Shown here in pieces: positions 13,635 through 24,118 of a DNA stretch of 64,000 nucleotides. The stretch is from assembly GCA_951406725.2 (NCBI GenBank), contig OX597815.1:66774001-66838000 (forward strand), in the 5' to 3' direction. Made by a program: the position numbers and the translations under genes. The DNA comes from Octopus vulgaris. Its lineage: Eukaryota. The notes beneath the pieces are model-generated. The model saw nothing but the letters and a program-made list of their open reading frames with translations. It made no database searches and had not been told where the DNA came from. Positions within the stretch are counted from its first letter, which is position 1; the number at the start of each line of letters is the position of its first letter.

Positions 13635-14146
13635 GCCATGATGCAGTACCAAGCAGTGGCCCTCATGGCTTTTGTTCTTAGCTGATTGGAAGTGTTATCA
13701 TGTACGTGTTTTGTCTTGGTATAAAAGATAGGCTACAGTAAATATTCTACTCAATACCACAGATTTAGTTGCCAGTTGCTTGACTTCAACTTGTTGAGCA
13801 TGTCCCTTGGTGGCTGATGATGTGTGCATCTCTGATCATGAGTAGAAGTAGCAGGGAGCATCATAGCCATATATTGAGAGGGAATTTTTTATGGTTTGAA
13901 TAATTCATCCTTGGAAACATGGGTGTTTTGTTCATCATCCTTAAACAAACCTTATTCAGGGACCTTTTGAGCAGGATGGGCCACTCAAGCTGAAGAATAT
14001 TCTAACAGGAATCCACCTGCAAAGTCATGCACTCTTTATCTTGATATGAGATCATCAAGTCACACACAAATGGTTGTCGTGCATATGCCTTGTGAATCCT
14101 TATTAGACGGGTGGTCATGATGGGTATATTGGGCTTCGTATATTTG
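13141..14146 (+). mobile_element. Two further head-to-tail copies of the ~550-bp repeat
   Basis: 13141-13601 is 5'-truncated and young. 13633-14146 is older and 3'-interrupted. Confidence 0.88.
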
Positions 14147-14833
14147 TACTGTCATGGGAAGTTTTGATGGAAGGAGTAGAATGAAAAAAAATCACAGTCT
14201 TCGCCAGAGGTTGGCATAGTGGTCAATATCGACCCCCCGGCGGGGTTTGGTGGGGTCTATGTGGCTACCTAAGAGATCAGTAAATACCTGAAACAATTTT
14301 GAGCATTAAAAGGGCTGAATTATTAGGATTTGAATTTGGAAGAGTACAGTAATTTAATGTTAAAACTCACTACTTTCAATCCAAACATTGATGCCAAAAC
14401 CAGTGTTCACTAAACACATGCTTCACAGTAAATATTCCAACTATATCAATATAATATAATTGGATATCATTACCACTACATATTTCTGTTGTTGTTGTGG
14501 TTGGTTGGTTGGCTGGTTGACCTCCAAACCTGCCCTAAACAATCAAACCTATGCTCAAGGCCATGGCTGCAAACATAGCTGTGTGGCTGAGAAGTTGACT
14601 TCACAACCGCATGGCTCCAGATTCAATCCCACTGCATGGAACTTTGGACAAATGTCTGTTACGATAGTCTTGTTAATAGAATTTAGTAGAAAAAACTCTG
14701 TGGAAGCCTATTCAGTGTGTATGTGCTCATATACATATATTTACACATACACACATACATACATACATACATGTTTATATATGTATATATGTATATATAT
14801 ATGTATATATATATATATATGTATGTATGTATG

Positions 14834-14889
<56 letters not shown>

Positions 14890-14892
<3 letters not shown>

Positions 14893-15790
14893 CAAGTAAG
14901 TTAGGGGCTGTGGATCCAACCCACTAAGGGATAATACGTATCCAATATACTGTTGGTATAATACCCAAATTATTAATACACAAGTGTTTTTAATTGCAAT
15001 GCAATTAACTTACTTATTGTATTAAATGGGAGAAGGTAAAGAAATATTTTACCATTACTTTATAATACAAATAGGAAAATGGAGAAACAATTTAGTTGGT
15101 TTATCAGCTTTAGGATAATAGAATGTTGACTTATTTATTTAACAAAACAAGAACCATAATAACATACATATATACATTAAAATTCAATACATATAAGATA
15201 AGAATACAATTATAAAAACCTTGATATAAATTATTGGAATCATTAAGGCTGAAACAGCTGTAAGTGTGATTTTAATGCTTCCAATAATTTATATTAATAA
15301 TAATAATGAAATTATTGTATACAGTGCTCAGGTGCACCACAACTTGTCAGAAAGTGCATATAAAGTACATGCAGTAATGTAGAAATGTCTGGAAAGTGAA
15401 CAGTGTATGAGTCAGATACATGCTTGTGTGTGTATAGAGGGGAGAAAATCAAGTGTAGTGTTGGCGAATCTCAGGAAGCATGGAAGTTTTGAAGGATGCA
15501 GTGCTCCGACAACTAACAACCGATGCCGGCAGTTTGTTCCATGCTTCAGCAACTCTCAGCGTGAAAAAATGTTTCCTGAAGTCATGGGAGCTATGCTGTT
15601 TTCTTACTTTGTAAATATGTCCACGGGTGTTAAGGTTTTTATAATTGTATTCTTATCTTATATGTATTGAATTTTAATGCATATATGTATGTTATTATGG
15701 TTCTCGTTTTGTTAAATAAATAAGTCAACATTCTAATATCCTAAAGCTGATAAACCAACTAAATTGTTTCTCCATTTTCCTATTTGTATA
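14890..15790. mobile_element. (TA)n-embedded inverted-repeat element interrupted by a CR1-type 3' fragment
   Basis: 15067-15222 and 15632-15789 are reverse complements. 15300-15632 matches the CR1 3' end at 40120-40452. A GAAACAGCTGTA motif lies at 15251. Confidence 0.7.
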
Positions 15791-16684
15791 TATATATATG
15801 TGTGTGTGTGTATGCATATATATATATACCAACATTTGTACACACACACACATACACACGCACATTCGCACATATACATATATACTCTCATGCACCATGT
15901 CTGCAAACATTCGCATATACTTATATACACATTCAAATATGCATTTGCGTCCTCATGTTGGTATAGTTTTTCCCTTGCCTACACTAGTGTAGTAGAAACC
16001 TAAAGCTATCAACAAACCAACCGTAGGAAAGACAATGGTAATTTAAATTCAAATCCACAGGCCAATCATAATTTAGCGCTAGATCTGTAATTATTTCTGA
16101 AATAATAGTGTATTTATGTCACAAGGAAAATTATAAACTTAAAATCGGACTTACATATGTGCACCTGTGGATCTTAATGTAGTATAAACAGAATGCTGGT
16201 ACTTCATATTTCGTATGTATATGCGGATATCTAACACTTTGCATGGTATTGTAATACTATTGTGACTATATTGCTAATAATGGAATTTATGTATTGTTTC
16301 TCTAGTATTAGCGTTATTAATAATAATATGAATGATGATATTGGTAGCATAAGTGGTAACGACAATGATAATGATGCTAGCATTAATGACATTTTGGAAA
16401 TTAATAAGAACTAATAGAATGTAATCTTGACTCTCTATATCTGCATTTAGGTATTAATATGTGTATGTTTTTCTACATTGTAATTATCACAACATTAAGT
16501 TGAAAAACTGTAACATTGAATGTGGAGCATATGTATGTTTATTAATTTATATTATTTATATCATTATGTATATGTATATTTATATGTATAGGAGTATGAG
16601 TATATGCACTCATATGTATATGTATATGTTTTATTATGGTTATGTACCCACACCTATATAAGTATGTATGTAATCTAATTTGTA

Positions 16685-16811
16685 ATCTCCGAAGAGGCCT
16701 TAGGATGTTTTTGTAAATGTCTCATTTATAACTACATATTGACCTACCATAAATGGCTAATATAAGTTAAATGAGACATACTTATCTACATGGCCGAAAC
16801 AGCTGTAAGAT
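16685..16811 (+). ncRNA. Type-I hammerhead ribozyme-like motif with extended stem II
   Basis: Stem I ATCT/AGAT; core CCGAAGA; stem II GGCC...GGCC enclosing an atgtctcattta/taaatgagacat hairpin; GAA, palindromic ACAGCTGT, then A (GUA site). Confidence 0.65.
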
Positions 16812-17621
16812 ATAGTCTATATTTATATTTATGTGTACTTATATTTATTTTCTATTATACGTATTCTACTTATTGTATAACATTACTATTTTATGCACGC
16901 TCCTTCATGTACACTGTTTTACCCTACATTATTATGTTTAACCTTATAGTTTCTTATGTGGTGGTTTAATAAAGTATGTGATTGAGTATTATCTGGTAAT
17001 TGATATTTTATTTCGATGTATTTCTCCATTTTCTTATTTTGTATTATGAATTTGTGGTAAAACATTTTACCTTTGCCCATATAATACAATAAATGAATTA
17101 ATTGTATCGCAATTCTTAACATTTATGTATTAACTTTGTTGGGTACCTCACTAGCAGTATATTGGATATATGTTATCCCATGGAAGGTTGCATTGACAAC
17201 CCCTATCTCAATTTGTATATATCTCCCCCTTCCCCCTCCTCTTCTCCCCTTTCCTTCTTCCCTCTTCTCTCCTTTCTTTCTCCCCCCTCACCCTCACCCC
17301 TTACCTCCCCCCTCTTCCCTAATCTCCTCTCTCTACACTACACCATACGACTTTACACATCACATCATATATACATACACACGTCCAGACCTCTCATACG
17401 CGCTAATACTCTCTCATACACACACACACACTCTTCTCATACACACACACATACTCTTATGTTGGAGCGAGGTAATTTAACCCTATTATCTCCCCTAATT
17501 TTGCTCTTGCGTCTCACGTTTGATCTTTGACTTCTGGCCGAAATCAGATCGCCATGTTGATTCGCTAGCCTCTGCACGCATATTTTTTTCTCTCCTTCTT
17601 TCTGTGTTTTTTCTCTGTGTA

Positions 17622-17659
17622 TCTTTCTGTTGAAGAGCGTAGGCTCGAAACGTTAAAGA
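17622..17659 (+). ncRNA. Minimal type-I hammerhead ribozyme-like motif (core variant)
   Basis: TCTTT CTGTTGA A GAGC-gtag-GCTC GAA ACGT T AAAGA; same family as 54903-54937. Confidence 0.6.
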
Positions 17660-17785
17660 CTTGTTTTATTTATATTTCCTGAGCGCCATACTAATACAAT
17701 TGTTTGTTTGTATTCCCCCTGCCTTCGTCTTTTGTTTATTTCCGTAAACCTGCCTTCGTCTTTTGTCTATTTTCATAAAGCTTCC

Positions 17786-17835
<50 letters not shown>

Positions 17836-18076
17836 GTACGTATGAATGTATGTATGTATAATATATAATATATCATCATCATCATCATTTAATCTCCACC
17901 GTTTACCATGCTGGTATGGGTTGGACAGTTGGACTGAAAACTGGAAAGCTGCACCAGGTTTCAATCTGATTTGGTACGGTTTCTACAGCTGGGTGCCCTT
18001 CCTAATGCTAACTACTCCAAGAGTGTAATGGGTGCTTTTCATGAGCCACTTGCAAAAGACTAGCATTGGCCATGAC

Positions 18077-18741
18077 CAGTGGCAGCTTGTATATAGGCAC
18101 TGCGGAACTGTAGCACCCACTATTTCCACTCAATATTATCGATAACATTCAATATAATGAGTCCTTTTTTCTTTATATAATCCTTAAATTTAATATTAGT
18201 AGCCATCCCCTAGTTTATGAAAAAATACAAAATCCTTGTATAGAACTGTGCGCTTCACAGTTCCAGTGATGCTATGTTTGGTTGTTGTGTGCTGGCTCAC
18301 ATCTCTGAGATAGGAAACTTCAAATTAGGGAGGGACAGCATTGTCGTTAACACAGTGCCAGTGAAAAGTAGTGTTTCTTTTTTACTCCGCATGTGTTGTG
18401 CTTAAAAATGTGTTTATATTCTCAAATGTGATAAAGTGTAGAATTAGATTATTATTCTGCTTCCAGCTTCAGTGTTGCTATCAGGATTTGAAAAATAGGG
18501 CAGATTTCCCCACTTATTTTGTGATTTGGGGGGGATTTTTGAAAAACAAGGTGGAATTCGCAGCAGTGTTCAGTGAATAAATTAAACACACTACCTGGCA
18601 GTGGCTAAAACATGAACCTATCAAGTTTATGTATAAATATTCTTTTTATAGGTTTGTTTCCTTTTACACAATATTAAAACAATGGCTAAAAATTGTCTGA
18701 AGCACCATCCCCCCACTAATTTTATCTATGAGCTGCCACTG
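18077..18741. mobile_element. Non-autonomous DNA transposon (hAT-like)
   Basis: TIRs CAGTGGCAGCT / AGCTGCCACTG. The flanking 8-mers gccatgac/gctacaat are compatible with a decayed 8-bp TSD. It is inserted into an RTE-type tail. Confidence 0.6.
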
Positions 18742-18744
18742 GCT

Positions 18745-19868
18745 ACAATTATGATCTCAGATTGACAGGTCTTCTCAAGGACAGTATGTTGCCAAAGGTC
18801 TTGGTCACTTGTCATTGCCTCCATGTGCCCCAAAGTTCAAAGGGTGCTTTTTACATGCCACTAGCACGGGAGCCAGGTATGCACCACTAGCATTGGCCAT
18901 AACTGCAATTTCACTTTACTTGATACGTCTTCTCAAGCACAGCATATCGCCAAAGGTTATGGTCCCTTGTCATTGCGTCCATGGAGCCCAACGTTTGAAG
19001 ATCATGCTTCATCACCTTGTCCCATGACTTCCTGAGTCTACCTCTTTCATAGGTTTCCTCCACAGTTAGAGATCAGCACTTCTTCACACAGTTGTCCTCA
19101 TCCATATATGCGTTACATGACCATACCAACACAGTCATCTCTCTTGCATATCACATCTGATGTCTCATATGCCCATCTTTTCTCTCAAAACGATTATACT
19201 CTGTCATACATGCACACTGACACTACACATCCAGCGAAGCATACAAACTTCATTTCTTTCTAGCCTTCATGTGTCCTCAGTGGTCACAGCCCATATTTCA
19301 CTGCCATGTAACATGGCTGTTCGCACACAGGCATCATACAATCTGACTTTCACTCTAAGGGAGAGTTCCTTTATTACCAACAGAGGTAGGAGCTCTCTGA
19401 ACTTTGCCCAGCCTATTCTTATTCTTGCAGCTATGCTCTTGGAGCATCCATCTCCACTACTGACATGGTTACCTAGGTAACAGAAGCTATCAACTATTGC
19501 TAGTTTTGCTCCCTGGCATTTGTTGGAGTCTATTTCTTGTGCATTTTTAGTGTTAATTGCACCTGTGCACCTTCCACACACAAAAGCTATTTTCCCTGTT
19601 AACCTTCCTCTGATATTGCTGTACTTTGTACGAGTCCATAGCTTATACTGGGTACATCTTTTGGAGTTGCTACCTACACCTTTTCTACAGATTGAGCACC
19701 TTCCTACTTACTAAGACTTTGGTTTTTGCTAGATTAACTTTAAGGCTCTTTAATTCTAGACCTTGTTTCCATGCCTGAAATTTCTTCTCTAGTACTGGTA
19801 GTGATCTATAAGAATAAGGTTATCAGCATAGAGGAGCTCCCAGGGACAGCCCATTGTAAATTCCTCTG
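18745..19868 (-). mobile_element. RTE-clade LINE reverse transcriptase fragment (pseudogenised)
   Basis: GCPWELLYADNL, KVNLAKTKV, a Cys-rich insert, VDSFCYLG, ARIRIGWAKFRELLPLL, RLYDACVRTAMLHGSE and WYGHV motifs, with stops and frameshifts. Confidence 0.9.
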
Positions 19869-22800
19869 TTTATGTGTGTGTGTGTGTGTGTGCATGTATA
19901 TATCTGTATGTGTGTGTGTATGTATATCTGCGTGTGTGTGTGTATGAAGTTATTTTTGTAGCTTTTAGTCAGGAAGTAAAGTAGTACCCATGACCCTATA
20001 CACAGCCTCTAAGACAGGTGGGAAAAGGTAGGAAGTAATCTCAAATCAGAGACCTTGCAACAGAGTGGATTCCATTGTAGGCAGTCTACATGTTTACCAA
20101 ATAGCTGTGATATTTAGGAGTATAGAGCAGAAGATTCTTTCCAGGTTGCTAAATTGTCATAGTTGGTTTGATGAGGTAATGTGCGTGTTTAGGATGTAAA
20201 GAGTGTCCAGTCACAGTGTTTATTATGCTACTGTTTGTGTTGGCTGTTGTCAGTGTTAGTGTCACTGAAAAAGATACCTACCACAGTGGACCTTTCTTTG
20301 ATATTTATTTGACTATGCTTAGGCTATTTGTCATAAAAATATTTTTTTCCTTTCTATTATAGACATGTGGCCTGTAATTCTAGGGGCAGGTGTTTAGTCA
20401 ATTACATTGCTCAACTGGTACTTATTTTATTGACTCTCAAAACAATGAAAGGCAACATCATCAGGATTTGAACTCAGTTTGCAAAGCCAAAAGAAATGCT
20501 GCTAAATATTTTGTCAAGCACGCAATGATTTTGTCAGCTCACTATCTTATTTGTCCTAAAAATATATTAAAATAAGTTCTGTTTTATATACAGCCATGCA
20601 CACACATTTGTTTCATAAAGTAATTTCCACTGCTCCTGTCTGGATATCAAACATAATTCTTTTATTCTTCAGCAGTTTCAGTTACCTTTCTGCATCAGAT
20701 GATGCAGAATGAAGTGAAAAGGTTTGAGTCCACATGACTAATTTCCTTCATATCTTGTCAACTTTCTTGTGTTTTATCTCAAGGAAATTGACTCTGAGAC
20801 TCAGAAGAGAATTGTCTTGTATTACAAGAAGCTGGGTTTATAGTGAGTGTTAGATAATGAAATATCCACTCTGCTTTGGAGGTACAGGGTAAGATTAGCA
20901 ATCAATGATAATCTGTTTACTCCCTACAAAGAAACATAAATTAATTTTTGCTGTACAACTCCAGGTAAAAGGTTGCCCTTATTGGGTCTTTGCAGGTCCA
21001 CTGAGACTGGTGAGAATGATACTGTAAACATGCCACTTGAGCTATTATAAATCAATGCCTGAGGGAAAGAGCAAGCAAAGAAAAGGTTCAAAGGGATAAT
21101 GTTTTGAAAAGGAAGTATAGGGGTTTGTTGGGGTGGGTTGGACACAACAAAGGTGTTGGAAGGAAGAGAGATGAGTGATTTGATTTGGGAATGTTTCAGT
21201 TAGAGATAGCACAAGCCCAGTCAGTATGGCTCCTCTCACTCTGTTACCAGTAGAAGAGACAGAGAGAGGAGGCAGTACATCCCTGGATTAGAGGCTTGAG
21301 CATTGACTTAGTACCATGAGTTAGGTGGTCCTTTTTTGGATGTGGTTTAGGATGCCTATCTAGCAGCAGCACTGTCCTAGATATGGGAACATTAATCTGT
21401 TGTGAGCCTTGCTTGAACTTTATAGAATATCAATAATTTTGGTGGGACTGAAGAATTTTCTGGCCCTGAAGAGAAGAACAAAATCATTGAGGTGCTTTGA
21501 ATGTGCTTTCCTGGAGAGATCCTTAATGATAGTGCGGTACAGTATTTGGCACTCTAGTTGTGAGAGCTCTTAGTGTGTGCTACTCATGTTTAAGGGAAGG
21601 TATGATGAAATGATGTTTACTTGATATAAGTAGCATTCATGTTTTCTTGCAGTCAAAAGAGACAAGGTTAACATATATCCCCACTGGAGAATACTTTCAA
21701 GATCTCTGTTCATGGAATTGGTGTGGATTTGGCACGTAACGTCTAGGCTGCATCTAGATGATGCATGTTTGAAGAATGTTAAGAAAGAATAAAGGTCATA
21801 TATTACGTGTAGGAGTGGGTGGTATTGGATGTAATGGCAAGTAGATCAAGGTAGAGATTTAGATACTAAACCAAACTTAGGAGCACTCCAGAGTTAAGAC
21901 AGTAAGGAGCAGGAATTCACCATACTTTTCCATGCTTGCATGGATTTTCTACTGCCAAATGCCCTTCATGTCTCTAACCCTCCTCTGTTTCTAAGCAAGG
22001 TAATATTTCCCCATGACCAGACACGTTTTCTTTCGCATAAAGGACATTACTTGCATGATGGTGAAACTCATAATTATCTTGCAAAGTCAAGGTGAAGAGA
22101 CAATAACACAAACACACACACACACCAACAGGAGTTATACAATCTTCATGTTTGGCTAATTCTTCAGAATATAATCTTATTCCATATCTTCGAAAATATG
22201 ACCAATTCACGATTTCAAGAATCAAAAAAAAAAAAAGTAACCAGAAAAAAAAGGACTTCGTTTACAAAATTTCTTTGCTTAGACTTGGGTCAGTGCTGAT
22301 CCAACAACCTTATAATAAACGTTGTTCCATCTGTTATCATCCTGTCTTTTTGTGCACCAGGGACTATATTATCCGAAGTAAATTTCTTTATTTATGATGG
22401 CAGGGTGTGTTTTGCCTGCTATTTTTTAGCAAGTCAAGCGAACAGACAGCAGTTCTTTCAGGAATTATCCAGGCCGTTCTATAACTGGTGTAATTCCTGA
22501 TGATGATGAGATGGTGATGAAAATAACACTCATTAGACTAATGAGAATTTCGAATGTGTTGTGTCCTTAAGCAAGATTTAAATCTTATGTAACGATAGAA
22601 AAATAAAATTGTGACGTTCATGCATTTTTCAAGAGCATTAACACCACAAGGAAGTTGGCTTCGACTAGGAATTGAAACCGGGTCCCCAAGATCAGTTTCC
22701 ATGAAGATGATCTGAGGTGAGCAAATGTTCATAATTTATTTGTTAAAAAAGTAAAATAAAAAATAAAAGTCTGGTGAAAACTGGAATTTTAGAAGAAAAA

Positions 22801-23969
22801 CAAGAGTAAACTAGAAAAAGAATTTAGCAATATATTTCCTACATATATATTGTATTTATCCAGTCGGCTTTGTTAAGAAAGTTTGTCTAAATGACGAACA
22901 AGCAAGAGGCGCAAACTTAATTTCTAAACATAAATTGGACAATTCCAGTGTTATCTCCCAGTAATTATCAAAACATTGCCGCTTGTTTTGGCACAATTCC
23001 CAATAGCATTTAACTTTCACATTGGAGACAAGAAATCACTCCATCTCTCGGTTTCTATAATTTTCAATACTTCTAATACATAAACAAATATTAATTGCGA
23101 TATTTCGTTGTAATTGTTTTATATTTATATAAACATCGGGTTCTTCTTTTTATAAAAATAATACTCCATTGACATTTTCGGAATTTAAAAAGTAATTCAT
23201 CGTTAAAAAGAGAAGAAAAACACAGCGAACAAAGCCTTGTTTATTTTTCCCTCCGAAAAATAAGAAATTATTCACCCGGAGAATAAAAGAAAAATTTATA
23301 ATAAAAAACAATTAATAATAGAAATACTAGGAATCCCATTTAAGAAATATTATTTAAAAAGTTCTGGTTTACTTAGATAGAGAAGTAATTAATTACGAGA
23401 CCACAACTGATCACATTGCGCACCAATTGTCTCTTTATTCCGTCGCTGGCAGATTTCCACGGCGGCTTTTTATCTCAAATTTTAAATAGCTTGCAGGTTT
23501 CATTAATTAACACTAAATAAATCATGTAAAAATAAATATTTTAAGGGAAAAACAATGAGAAATAGACTCAGGTTTGTGTTTCTATATATATATGGGGGGA
23601 AGAGGGGGGGAGTACGTTTTAAATAAAAAGAATTGCCATAATCATTTGTGAATATAAAATTTGTTTGCGACAAAAGGGAACTGACAGGGGAAAACGTAGG
23701 TTTGCTTTAAAAAAGGAATAAATTTATTTGTAATTATGATTTAACCCCATTTTATATATTCAAGTAATATTGCGTAGAATTAATAAAATTAGTATTTATT
23801 TTATTTTGCAGAAAGGGAGTTTTATTTTATTTTATAGCGAAGACAGTAAGAATGTCTCCAGCGTTACGAAATAATCAAACCCAAAAGGAATGATGACGAC
23901 TTTAAAAGAGTCACAAACATGAGTTAAGGCCCAAAAGCAACGAAAACAACAGCGTCGAGTATTTTTATT

Positions 23970-24040
23970 GTGTTGCCAATTTTCATTGGTCCATATATAA
24001 GAGCTCGTTTTTCATTGGCTTATTCAGGCACGTGACGAAG
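23970..24040 (+). promoter_or_regulatory. H2A.Z proximal promoter
   Basis: CCAAT at 23976, inverted CCAAT (ATTGG) at 23985 and 24014, TATATAA at 23994-24000, and CACGTG/TGACG at 24029-24037. All lie 80-145 bp upstream of the ATG. Confidence 0.6.
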
Positions 24041-24118
24041 CTGAAGGTGTTAGTGTTTTGGCGGTTGCAGGAGAACGCAGAGAGGATTTTTTACTGTTTG
24101 TGAGTGAAACGAAAAAAC

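Noticed and set aside
20600-21900. Possible old Penelope/LINE coding remnant on the - strand
   Set aside because: Only a vague ILTGL-like patch; no diagnostic motif could be reconstructed by eye.
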